Shown: positions 19,711 through 27,892 of the stretch, one piece after another
How the letters are laid out: each line of letters opens with the position of its first letter
How positions within the stretch are numbered: position 1 is the first letter of the stretch
DNA from: an uncultured Methanobrevibacter sp.
Lineage (GTDB): Archaea; Methanobacteriota; Methanobacteria; Methanobacteriales; Methanobacteriaceae
Direction: 5' to 3'
DNA: 32,000 nt
NCBI RefSeq assembly: GCF_902788255.1
Contig: NZ_CADAJR010000002.1
Span: 54,962-86,961 of the forward strand
The notes under the pieces: generated by a model
Databases searched by the model: none
What the model saw: the letters and a program-made list of their open reading frames with translations, nothing else
What the model was told of the DNA's origin: nothing
Position numbers and translations under genes: made by a program

Positions 19711-21002
19711 TCCTCTTTTAAGAATGTAATTAAGTTGTCGAGTTCTACAAGTTCCTGATCACCGCTTACCATGTCCTTTACGGTGACTTTACCTTCCTCA
19801 AGGTCCTTTGCACCGACAATAATGATTTTTGGCACTTTGATTTTATCGGCATAGTTCATGAGTTTCTTGAATTTCTTGCCGTTTAAATCAACATCTGTTT
19901 TAATGCCGTTTGCTCTTAACATCTGTGTTATCTCAAATGCCTTTGTCTGCATGTCCTTTGAAATAGGAGCCACATAAACGTCAAGGTGTGAAGGAAGTTC
20001 CTCCTTGTCGGTCAGCTCCTCAATCGCATTCATGAGTCTGTCAAATCCTAGTGCGAAACCTGTGGATTCCACTTCCTGGCCTCCAAAGACCTTTACAAGT
20101 GAGTATGATCCTCCGCCGCAGATCTGCTTTTGGGCACCGAGTTCGGGAACGTAGATTTCAAACACGATTCCGGTGTAGTAGTCAAGTCCCCTTGCAACAC
20201 CAAGGTTTAAGGTATAGTTTTCAACCTTGAATGATTCTAAAAGCTCAATCAGTTCCTTGAGTTCATTGAGTGCATCCTTAGGCTCGTCGTATGGTGCAAT
20301 CAATTCCTCCACTTCGCCTATTATTGACTTGTCTCCAACAAGGTCAATGAGCTTTAATAAAATTTGGTTTAATTCGTCATTGTCGATTACAGGTTCGTCT
20401 CCGCTTAATGACTCGATTAGAAGGTCCTTGTCTCCCTTATCGATTACAACCATGATTTCCCTTTGTGTTTCGGTTGAAATGTCAAAGTGTCTGAACAGTC
20501 CCCTGATTATTCCAAGGTGGTTGATGTTCACATCAGCGGTTGTGATTCCAAGTGACTGGATTGCATCTGAACAAAGTGCAATGACTTCAGCTTCGCCCTG
20601 AGGTGTTTTGGCTCCAATAAGCTCACATCCGAACTGCCAGAACTGTCTGAACCTTCCCTTTTGAGGTCTTTCATACCTGAAGCAGCTTCCATAGTAATAT
20701 AGTTTTATAGGCTTTACCGCTGTCTTTTCAAGCTCGTTCAGGTATAGCCTTGCAACCGGAGCTGTGATTTCAGGCCTTAGGGTAAGGTCCCTGTCTGATT
20801 TGTCCTTAAAGTTGTAGAGCTGATCAACAATTTCTTCTCCTGATTTAGTTGTAAATAAGCTTAATTCTTCAAATAATGGTGTTTTGATTTCCTGGTAACC
20901 ATAACCTTCAAATATTCTTCTTAAGGTACTTTCTGCACGTTTACGTTCTCTCATTTCTTCAAATAAAAAGTCTCTTGTACCTCTTGGTCTTGTAAATTCC
21001 AT
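19707..21002 (-). CDS. hisS: Histidine--tRNA ligase
   Basis: 431 aa with N-terminal RPRGTRDF, class II motifs ([27 protein letters not shown]), the HisRS-type CGGGSY, and a C-terminal anticodon-binding domain. Confidence 0.95.
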   Translation of the reverse strand: MEFTRPRGTRDFLFEEMRERKRAESTLRRIFEGYGYQEIKTPLFEELSLFTTKSGEEIVDQLYNFKDKSDRDLTLRPEITAPVARLYLNELEKTAVKPIKLYYYGSCFRYERPQKGRFRQFWQFGCELIGAKTPQGEAEVIALCSDAIQSLGITTADVNINHLGIIRGLFRHFDISTETQREIMVVIDKGDKDLLIESLSGDEPVIDNDELNQILLKLIDLVGDKSIIGEVEELIAPYDEPKDALNELKELIELLESFKVENYTLNLGVARGLDYYTGIVFEIYVPELGAQKQICGGGSYSLVKVFGGQEVESTGFALGFDRLMNAIEELTDKEELPSHLDVYVAPISKDMQTKAFEITQMLRANGIKTDVDLNGKKFKKLMNYADKIKVPKIIIVGAKDLEEGKVTVKDMVSGDQELVELDNLITFLKEE

Positions 21003-21156
21003 TTTTGAACTCCTAATATATGATATAATAAATATGTTTTTGCGAAGTTATATAATCTTTGTATATTCGATTTTTTTTAAATCATGATTAAATCAACAGA
21101 AAAGTTTATATTGTTTGTTTTTTTCGCTGCAATTTTTTAAACTCGTTTCAAACAAC

Positions 21157-21164
21157 TTTATATT
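21157..21164 (+). promoter_or_regulatory. TATA-box-like element upstream of the mini-ORF unit
   Basis: TTTATATT lies about 27-34 nt upstream of AAAGGCCTC (21191). AT-rich context makes TATA calls weak. Confidence 0.3.
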
Positions 21165-21220
21165 ATTTTAAATACAATATATGATATGTTAAAGGCCTCT
21201 ATCATAAGGAGGTGATTATT

Positions 21221-21355
21221 GTGAATAATTATTCATTAAATACTTTAACATTAATCATCATCATTTCTTTTAAAAGATTTGATTTTCCGGTTAACCAATC
21301 ATCGGAGGTGAATCATGGAGATTCTAATATTTCTTATTGTGACATATTTCTTTAA
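21221..21355 (+). CDS. Candidate 44-codon leader ORF (GTG start)
   Basis: AGGAGGTGAT (21207-21216), a 10-nt match to the anti-SD of archaeal 16S rRNA, lies 4 nt upstream of GTG 21221. Product: MNNYSLNTLTLIIIISFKRFDFPVNQSSEVNHGDSNISYCDIFL. No homology evidence. Confidence 0.25.
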   Translation: MNNYSLNTLTLIIIISFKRFDFPVNQSSEVNHGDSNISYCDIFL

Positions 21356-21401
21356 TGTTGTGTCAACATTGAAGATTTTACTTCATAATGAAGGATTATA
21401 G
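21315..21401 (+). CDS. Candidate 28-aa hydrophobic peptide (MEILIFLIVTYFFNVVSTLKILLHNEGL)
   Basis: GGAGGTGA (21304-21311) lies 3 nt upstream of ATG 21315. The peptide has a single hydrophobic helix. The ORF begins inside, and out of frame with, the 44-codon ORF. Confidence 0.3.
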   Translation: MEILIFLIVTYFFNVVSTLKILLHNEGL

Positions 21402-21542
21402 GGTCTCCTTATTCATCTCACATTTTTAGTAATTGATTAATAACAATTTCAATGATGGACTTTTGAAAACTTCACCCTATTGTTTTCGAGGAGGCCTTTT
21501 TCTGGAGAAGACACTTATCAATTACTGTATTTAATAATCAGA

Positions 21543-21550
21543 TTTATATA
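21543..21550 (+). promoter_or_regulatory. TATA-box-like element upstream of the long hairpin
   Basis: TTTATATA matches the methanogen TATA consensus. No ORF follows. The only strong structure downstream is the hairpin at 21614-21671. Confidence 0.3.
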
Positions 21551-21613
21551 TGACATTCCATAAATAATGTAGTAAGAGCGTTACTCAATTAGTAACCTCA
21601 AAATGATTGGTTG

Positions 21614-21676
21614 AATTTAATGTCTAATGGGTGATATTGTAAGCTAATCCTTGCAATATAGACATTAAATTTTTTT
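21614..21676 (+). terminator. Long interrupted hairpin (13 + 9 bp) followed by a T-run
   Basis: The outer stem pairs AATTTAATGTCTA (21614-21626) with TAGACATTAAATT (21659-21671), 13 perfect bp. The inner stem pairs TATTGTAAG (21635-21643) with CTTGCAATA (21650-21658), 9 bp including one G-U. The loop is CTAATC and the 5' bulge is ATGGGTGA. The T-run 21670-21676 extends 5 T past the stem. Confidence 0.5.
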
Positions 21677-21721
21677 CAATGATTTTCTACTGTTTTTTTT
21701 TTCATTTTCAAAACGAAATTA

Positions 21722-21729
21722 TTTATATT
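21722..21729 (+). promoter_or_regulatory. TATA-box-like element for aroE (probably a leaderless mRNA)
   Basis: TTTATATT lies 29 nt upstream of ATG 21751 with no SD in between, which is consistent with a transcript starting at or near the ATG. Confidence 0.35.
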
Positions 21730-21750
21730 TTCTCAGTCAACTATAATTAT

Positions 21751-22596
21751 ATGATTACTGGTAGTACAAATATAGTTGCTTTAATCGGACATCCCGTGGA
21801 ACATAGTTTCTCACCGCCAATGCACAATGCAGCCTTTCAAAAACTGGATATGGATTGGGCATATGTTGCTTTTGATGTAAATCCAAATAACCTGAAATCC
21901 GCAGTTGAAGGGGCGAAGGCATTAAACATCAAGGGATTCAATGTAACAATTCCACACAAGATTGATGTTATGGAATTTCTGGATGAAATCGATGAAGTGG
22001 CTGATTTAATAGGTGCAGTCAATACAATAGATTTCAAGAGCATGAAAGGATACAACACCGATGGAATCGGTGCCGTCAAGGCAATCGAAGAGGTAACACC
22101 AATCAAAAACAGGAATGTTGTTGTTGCCGGTGCGGGCGGAGCCTCAAGGGCAATATCATTTTACATTGCAAAATACGGTGCCGAATCACTGACAATACTT
22201 AACCGGAATGTCGAAAAGGCACAGAATCTGGCCGGCGATGTCATGGACTCAGGCTTGATTGGTGAGGTCAAATCGGATTCCATATCCAAAATCGGTGATT
22301 ATGTGGATGAGGCTGACATTCTTGTGGATACAACCCCGATCGGAATGCATCCCCATGTAAACGATGCGGCCATTGTTGAAGCCGGTCAGATGCATGAGGA
22401 TCTTGTGGTATTTGATGCTGTATACAACCCAAATGAAACCGTGTTGATAAAGGAAGCCTTGAAGGCAGGTGCCAAACCGGTTTATGGAATTAAGATGCTG
22501 CTCTACCAGGGTGCCGAAAGCTTTGAGATTTGGACAGGCAAAAAGGCTCCCGTTGATGAGATGGAAAGGGCATTGAGACAAACTCTCGACTTATAG
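21751..22596 (+). CDS. aroE: Shikimate dehydrogenase (AroE)
   Basis: GHPVEHSFSPPMHNAAF, NVTIPHK, GYNTDG and GAGGASRA. Start is set at ATG 21751 (MITGSTNIVALIGHP). The track's 21679 start adds a Phe-rich translation of the T-rich promoter region. Confidence 0.9.
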   Translation: MITGSTNIVALIGHPVEHSFSPPMHNAAFQKLDMDWAYVAFDVNPNNLKSAVEGAKALNIKGFNVTIPHKIDVMEFLDEIDEVADLIGAVNTIDFKSMKGYNTDGIGAVKAIEEVTPIKNRNVVVAGAGGASRAISFYIAKYGAESLTILNRNVEKAQNLAGDVMDSGLIGEVKSDSISKIGDYVDEADILVDTTPIGMHPHVNDAAIVEAGQMHEDLVVFDAVYNPNETVLIKEALKAGAKPVYGIKMLLYQGAESFEIWTGKKAPVDEMERALRQTLDL

Positions 22597-22603
22597 TGAT
22601 AAT

Positions 22604-23293
22604 ATGGATTTAATGTTTGACATATCAAATTTGACATCTGATGATGACGAGTTTTCATCATCAAAAAAGGATGTGCTGAAATACTTAAAAATCATTGGAG
22701 TGGATACCAGGTATATCTCATACACTCCTGAAAAAATCTATATAAACAATTTAAGGTTTTCCAAGTTTTCAAGAACCCGTGAGGCCACATTCAACAGGCA
22801 GTATCCGGAAATTGAGGTTGTAAGAAACAAACTCTTCCAGAAAATCTGTGCAAAGTCATCAAAGCACCTTGCACTTGAAGCCAAACCCAATTCAAGGGTT
22901 CTGATGCCCGAGGACAATTATATTGTGGAGCTGCTTCTTGAGCCCTACACTCGTAAGTACGGCATAAGACTGGTTTATGATGGTGAATATGATTTGAAGG
23001 TAAATCCGATCATATTGGACGATGAGGTCAACAATATCTTTGAGGGTTTTTTCAAGGGTGAAGGTTTAAACTATTCTAAAAGGGATGATGAAATATATCC
23101 TCTTGCCAACGTTTCACTAGACTGGATCAACTCATTTTTAAAAATGGATGGTAAGGAATCAATCAAAAGGGAAAATAATAATGAATTGGCAATTTCCTTC
23201 AGCGAATTTCTTGAGGATGTGGCACCTCAGTATAAGGATAATGTTGTAAACGCTAGCGAGTATATTAGTGAAAAGCTTTCTGAGATACAGTAA
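22604..23293 (+). CDS. Uncharacterised protein with weak resemblance to PP-loop ATP pyrophosphatases but lacking the SGGxDS motif
   Basis: 229-aa ORF 7 nt downstream of aroE. Its layout resembles the TilS/TtcA-type adenine nucleotide alpha hydrolases. RVLMPEDNYIVELLLEPY sits where hhhh-SGGxDS-hhLL is expected; ILDDEVNNIFEGFFKGEGL resembles h-LDD-a-E-hhhN-hRG-G; EIYPLANVSLDWINSFLKMDG resembles h-RPL-v-e-Ei-ya. The family call is by eye only. Confidence 0.55.
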   Translation: MDLMFDISNLTSDDDEFSSSKKDVLKYLKIIGVDTRYISYTPEKIYINNLRFSKFSRTREATFNRQYPEIEVVRNKLFQKICAKSSKHLALEAKPNSRVLMPEDNYIVELLLEPYTRKYGIRLVYDGEYDLKVNPIILDDEVNNIFEGFFKGEGLNYSKRDDEIYPLANVSLDWINSFLKMDGKESIKRENNNELAISFSEFLEDVAPQYKDNVVNASEYISEKLSEIQ

Positions 23294-23365
23294 TGCTCCA
23301 ATTTTAAATTGGTAGGATTGGCTTTCCAAAAATATATGATATTCCATCAATTGGATGTTTCGCTA

Positions 23366-24886
23366 CTAAAAGCTGAAAAGTGTTGTTTGTTTGGTTTTAT
23401 CTTTCTTTTCAACCTTTTCCTCTTCAATAATTTCTTCGGTTTCAGATTCAATTTCCTCAACAGCAGGTTCCTCTTCAATGATTTCTTCTACAGGTTCGAT
23501 AATTTCTTCGGTTTCAGGTTCAATTTCCTCATCTGAAGGAACTTCTTCTGGAATGAAATTCATCATCTGATTTTTAAGCTCTTCTGCACGTCTGTCACGC
23601 TCTTCAACATGCATTTCCGCCTTGCGTTTTTCCATTTTTGTTATAACTTTTTTAGGTATTTTTTTCTTTCTAAATACTTTGATTAGCTTATCAGTTTCTT
23701 TTTCGTCCGGTTCATTGAAAAAACCTAAAAAGTCGGAAATTTCCCATGCAAGCTCATCGTTCTGAAACATTATTTCAAGATATGGAAACATTGAAACGGC
23801 CACTCCACTTGAAACATGCATTTTTTCAAACATTCTTTCACAGATTTTGTCACGTAAATTACGCTTTCCACGATTGCGGCCCATCAGGCCAAAAATGCTT
23901 GGTGTCTGGATTTTTGTGAACTTCTTGTAGGTTTCATGTTTTGAGTTGCTCACTCCAATTCCCATGAAATCACTTGCGTATTTCCAGTAGCCGTAGTTTC
24001 TGCTTCTTTGGGTTCTTCCGAAGAATATGTCTGCCTTTGAAATGTAATCATAAGCCTTTTTAATTTCATCTGTTTTTTTGTATTCGCGAGGAATGTTTTC
24101 TGCTATGTATTCCATTACAAGTGTGGGATCCTCTTCAATCCACATTGCCTCTTTCACATGTGCGGGAGTTTTACTTTTCAAAACACCTGTTATCGCATTG
24201 AATATGTCTGAACGTGAGTCTTTGGTGACAATGTTTTCCACATCACTCACTTCCAGTTTTTTGTCCTTGTCACTCAATGCCTGCAGGGTATTTATTGCTG
24301 AGCGAACGTCTCCCTGGGATTTTGTAGCTATCTCCTTGAGCGCTGCGGGTTCAACTTCCACACCTTCTGCCTGAGCTATTTTTCTTAAAAGTGCAGAAAT
24401 TGAGTTCCATCTTGACTTTTTCATTTTGATGACTTGGCATTTCGGTTTTATTGACTGAAGACGTTTTGAATAGAAGTCATTTGCAGTAAAAATCATCGGA
24501 TGGTGTGATTTTTTAATTATTTCACCAATCGCCTTTACTCCGCCCCTGTCGTTTGTTCCGTGAATACCGTCAATCTCATCAAGGATAATAAGTTTGTACT
24601 CGTCCCCGAAAAGGGATCTTGAGGAGGATGACTCTCCGATTGTCGCCTTGATGGCATCCTGTGAACGTTTGTCACTTGCATTCAACTCAATGTGTTCTGA
24701 AAACTCTTTAGCGATAATCAGAGCTAAAGTTGTCTTTCCAATGCCTGGTGGACCTACTAACAGCAATGGTATCTGTGGGTTACCTTCTTTCCAGTTTTTA
24801 ACCCATTCCTGGATTATTTTAATCTCTTTTTTATTACCTACCATCTGGGAGAGTTCCTGTGGTCGGTATTTGTCAGTCCATAACAT
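23366..24886 (-). CDS. rfcL: Replication factor C large subunit
   Basis: [10 protein letters not shown], Walker [17 protein letters not shown], an acidic C-terminal tail, and a terminal PIP-like KQTTLFSF. Confidence 0.9.
   Translation of the reverse strand: MLWTDKYRPQELSQMVGNKKEIKIIQEWVKNWKEGNPQIPLLLVGPPGIGKTTLALIIAKEFSEHIELNASDKRSQDAIKATIGESSSSRSLFGDEYKLIILDEIDGIHGTNDRGGVKAIGEIIKKSHHPMIFTANDFYSKRLQSIKPKCQVIKMKKSRWNSISALLRKIAQAEGVEVEPAALKEIATKSQGDVRSAINTLQALSDKDKKLEVSDVENIVTKDSRSDIFNAITGVLKSKTPAHVKEAMWIEEDPTLVMEYIAENIPREYKKTDEIKKAYDYISKADIFFGRTQRSRNYGYWKYASDFMGIGVSNSKHETYKKFTKIQTPSIFGLMGRNRGKRNLRDKICERMFEKMHVSSGVAVSMFPYLEIMFQNDELAWEISDFLGFFNEPDEKETDKLIKVFRKKKIPKKVITKMEKRKAEMHVEERDRRAEELKNQMMNFIPEEVPSDEEIEPETEEIIEPVEEIIEEEPAVEEIESETEEIIEEEKVEKKDKTKQTTLFSF
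23427..23531. repeat. Internal 72-nt-period duplication within the acidic tail of rfcL
   Basis: A 33-nt segment at 23427-23459 and another at 23499-23531 differ at one base (ATAATTTCTTCGGTTTCAG[A/G]TTCAATTTCCTCA). They encode EIE(P/S)ETEEII repeats on the minus strand. Confidence 0.7.
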
Positions 24887-24895
24887 TTGAATACC

Positions 24896-25843
24896 TTATA
24901 AGAATTGAGTGAGTAACGCTTCAAGCTGTATTCTTGGATTTGCTCCTTCCCTTATTCTAAAGTCGCATTCTGCAATTGCTTCAATTAAATCCATGTAAAT
25001 GCCTGCTTCCATCTTTCCATCGAGCACCCTTCTGGAAACGTCCTGATAGATTTGGGTAACCATGTCCTCTCCGCTGGTTCCCTGCAGTACCATTGTTTCC
25101 CTCAATATTGTACGGGCTCCCATGAAGTCTCCCATCAGTGCCTTGGTTATCATGTTTCCGATGTCCTGTGGCTTTGCCTTTGAGACGACTTCGTACACTG
25201 AATCCTCTGTAATTGCCTCTCCTTCTGAAGCGGCAGATTGAAGGACATTAACTGCCTTACGCATGTCTCCTTCCGCAAAGTAGACTATTGCTTCAAGGCC
25301 TTTGTCATCATAGTTGAATCCTTCAGTTTCACAGATGAATTTAAGCCTTTCAGTAATCTCTTCCGCCTTTATCGGAGCGAATCTGAATATTGCGCATCTT
25401 GATTGAATAGGGTCAATGATTTTTGATGAATAGTTACATGAAAGTATAAATGAAGCGGTTTTGGTATACATTTCCATTTCACGACGAAGTGCGTGCTGCG
25501 CATCCTTGGTCATGTTGTCGACTTCGTCTAAAAAGATTATTCTGAATGGGGCGCCGACCGGTTTCAGTCTGCAGAAGTTCTTGATGTCATTTCTGACTGT
25601 ATCGATTCCCCTTGCATCTGAAGCGTTTAATTCCAAAAAGTTGTTTCTCCAGTATTCTCCCAATATTGATTTGGCCAGTGCCAAGGCTGTGGTTGTTTTA
25701 CCGACACCTGCCGGACCTGTAAACATTAGGTTAGGCATGCTGTTTTCGCCTACATACTTTTGAAGTCTTGCTACGATTTGCTTTTGTCCAACGATGTCTT
25801 CTAATTTTTGTGGTCTATATTTTTCTACCCATGGTCCGCTCAT
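24896..25843 (-). CDS. rfcS: Replication factor C small subunit
   Basis: 315 aa with PWVEKYRPQ, Walker [16 protein letters not shown], the SRC motif (PIQSRCAIF), and no intein insertion. Confidence 0.95.
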   Translation of the reverse strand: MSGPWVEKYRPQKLEDIVGQKQIVARLQKYVGENSMPNLMFTGPAGVGKTTTALALAKSILGEYWRNNFLELNASDARGIDTVRNDIKNFCRLKPVGAPFRIIFLDEVDNMTKDAQHALRREMEMYTKTASFILSCNYSSKIIDPIQSRCAIFRFAPIKAEEITERLKFICETEGFNYDDKGLEAIVYFAEGDMRKAVNVLQSAASEGEAITEDSVYEVVSKAKPQDIGNMITKALMGDFMGARTILRETMVLQGTSGEDMVTQIYQDVSRRVLDGKMEAGIYMDLIEAIAECDFRIREGANPRIQLEALLTQFL

Positions 25844-25990
25844 TTAATCACCATTTATTTATGATAAAATTTATGTACTATGTTGTTAAATTATTTTTTG
25901 GATTAACTTTTTTAATGTATGAAATCCAATTTATAAATAGTTAAAGTGTGAGCATTTGGTAATCAATGCAAAAAATTTAAGGTGTTAAAA

Positions 25991-26950
25991 ATGAAAGGAG
26001 CATGGAGACTTAAACTGCGGATGATTTTAACTTCCGTAATAATGTTTACAATCGTTTATTTCCTGATTTCCCTTGCCGGATGGTATTTGGGAATAAGCAG
26101 TTGGAGACTGTACTTCGCAGCAAGTATAGTTATAGTATTTTTACAGTATTGGTTTGGACCGAGCATTGTCAAACGTTCAATGAATGTAAGGCCACTGTCC
26201 GAGGCGGAAGCTCCACACATTCATCAAATGATTCAGGAATTGGCTGATGAGGCGGGTGTTCCAAAACCGGAACTCGGATTGTCAGAAATCAACATTCCAA
26301 ATGCATTTGCTTATGGAAGATCAAGCAGAAGCGGACACATTGCAATAACCCGTCCGATATTGGGTCTTCTTGACCGTGACGAGCTAAGGGCGGTACTTGG
26401 CCACGAAATGGGTCACATCAAACACAATGACATGATCGTAACCGCTGCTGTTAGCGTAATTCCAATGATTTGCTACTACATTGCACTGTCATTCATGTTT
26501 TCCGGAGACAGCCGTAACGGCGGAGGAATCATAATAGGCATTTTGGGTTATCTCTTCTATCTCATCGGTCAGGTGCTGGTGCTGTTCATTTCAAGAACCC
26601 GTGAGTACTATGCGGACCAGGCCAGTGTCGAGTATGGAAACCATCCTGCATCATTGGTATCGGCGCTCTACAAATTGTCCTATGGTGCTGCAAGATGCAG
26701 CAAGGAAACAATCGATGAGGTAAATACCAACAGGGCATTCTTTGTAAATGACGTCAACAACGCAAGAAATGATATCACAGATTTCCAGCAAATCGACTTT
26801 GACGGTGACGGCAAAATATCCGAAGAGGAACTTAAAAGACTTCTGAACTCTGATGTTAAGATTTCAAGAAAGAACGGAATCATGGAACTGCTTTCAACTC
26901 ACCCTGATTCACTTAAAAGAGTTAAAAGATTGGCGGAGTTATTAGAATGA
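25991..26950 (+). CDS. htpX: HtpX-like M48 zinc metalloprotease with an inserted EF-hand-type loop
   Basis: HEMGHIKHND (HExxH), four hydrophobic segments, and C-terminal LSTHPDSLKRV. ATG 25991 is preferred over the track's GTG 25982 because GGTG lies upstream. The EF-hand loop DFDGDGKISEEE is at 26795-26830. Confidence 0.85.
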   Translation: MKGAWRLKLRMILTSVIMFTIVYFLISLAGWYLGISSWRLYFAASIVIVFLQYWFGPSIVKRSMNVRPLSEAEAPHIHQMIQELADEAGVPKPELGLSEINIPNAFAYGRSSRSGHIAITRPILGLLDRDELRAVLGHEMGHIKHNDMIVTAAVSVIPMICYYIALSFMFSGDSRNGGGIIIGILGYLFYLIGQVLVLFISRTREYYADQASVEYGNHPASLVSALYKLSYGAARCSKETIDEVNTNRAFFVNDVNNARNDITDFQQIDFDGDGKISEEELKRLLNSDVKISRKNGIMELLSTHPDSLKRVKRLAELLE

Positions 26951-27678
26951 GAATGATTTTGGATGAACGTGGAAAGAAGTATGTCCTGAAGCCTGGTGAG
27001 GAATTTCAAAGCGACCTTGGAATAATCAAGGCGGAGGTCCTGGATGAGGCCGAAATAGGGGATGAGGTAAAAAGCCATCTTGATCACACCTTTAAAATCA
27101 TGAAACCAAACATCAATGATTTCATTGACATCATGGACAGAAGATGTTCAATTCTTATCAAAAAGGACATCGGACAGGTCCTGGCGCATTCAGGTTTGGG
27201 TGCAGGTTCACGTGTGGTTGATGCTGGAACCGGTGCGGGAGCCATTGCATTGAACTTCGGTAATGTCGTCGGGCCTGAAGGGGAAGTGTTCACCTATGAA
27301 ATCCGTGAGGATTTCGCAAAGGTTGCCCAAAAGAACATTGAAAACTTCGGCATAACCAATATCCATGTAAAAAACAAGAACATCAAGGACGGAATCGATG
27401 AGGACAATATCGACTTGATCTTTTTGGACTTGCCAAAGCCCTTTGAGATATTTGAGGATGTGATGGAGTCCCTGAATGTCGGCGGATGGCTTTGTGTCTA
27501 TGCACCTTACATTGACCAGGCTGAAATTTCATACAGGATTGCCAAGAAGCTGGGCTTTTTCGACATTGAAATATTTGAGACCATGGAAAGGGGACTTGAA
27601 GTCAGGCCTCAGGGTGTCAGGCCAAAGACCCGTATGGTTGGTCACAGCGGATATCTGGTATTTGCAAGGAAATTATAG
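26947..27678 (+). CDS. trmI: tRNA (adenine-N1)-methyltransferase TrmI (GCD14 family)
   Basis: N-terminal GCD14-type domain and SAM-binding VVDAGTGAGAIA. ATGA overlap with the htpX stop. Confidence 0.85.
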   Translation: MRMILDERGKKYVLKPGEEFQSDLGIIKAEVLDEAEIGDEVKSHLDHTFKIMKPNINDFIDIMDRRCSILIKKDIGQVLAHSGLGAGSRVVDAGTGAGAIALNFGNVVGPEGEVFTYEIREDFAKVAQKNIENFGITNIHVKNKNIKDGIDEDNIDLIFLDLPKPFEIFEDVMESLNVGGWLCVYAPYIDQAEISYRIAKKLGFFDIEIFETMERGLEVRPQGVRPKTRMVGHSGYLVFARKL

Positions 27679-27892
27679 TTGTCATTTAATCGATTTCAGC
27701 TATAATTATTTTACTATTTTTTTTAATTCATTTAATATTTTCAATCATAATTTCTTTTTACGTAATTTTTAAAACGAGTACGACCGAAATCCATATGTAC
27801 ATGTAGGTAGAATAAAAAATAAGTAAAGGATTTGATAAATGTATTTTTTTGGATGGTTATTCAAAAATAAAAAAGATAAGGAATAATGTTAA

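Larger units (their letters stand above)
21191..21501 (+). other. Candidate ~310-nt transcription unit with complementary 5' and 3' ends, containing two overlapping mini-ORFs
   Basis: AAAGGCCTC (21191-21199) is the exact reverse complement of GAGGCCTTT (21491-21499), which runs into a T5 tract (21497-21501). The unit lies in a 748-bp spacer between the divergent hisS and aroE genes. Confidence 0.35.

Noticed and set aside
21191-21501. Whether the ~310-nt unit with paired ends is SRP (7S) RNA or RNase P RNA
   Set aside because: The size and terminal helix suggested it. However, the region is AT-rich and lacks GC-rich helices. I find no RNase P CR-I motif (GAGGAAAGTCC) and no SRP helix-8-type conserved motifs. 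It also contains SD-preceded ORFs.
21679-21750. Upstream extension of aroE (MIFYCFFFHFQNEIIYIFSVNYNY...)
   Set aside because: It is a Phe/Tyr/Ile-rich translation of the T-rich promoter region and contains the TATA-like element itself. The conserved AroE N-terminus starts at ATG 21751.
23309-23536. Plus-strand ORF with FGFRFNFL repeats
   Set aside because: It is the mirror image of the acidic repeat tail of rfcL on the other strand. The repeat in the translation is a by-product of the rfcL duplication.
24896-25843. Possible intein in RFC small subunit
   Set aside because: Some methanogens (for example Methanocaldococcus jannaschii) carry inteins in this gene. Here the protein is 315 aa with a contiguous Walker A motif and contiguous downstream motifs, so there is no insertion.
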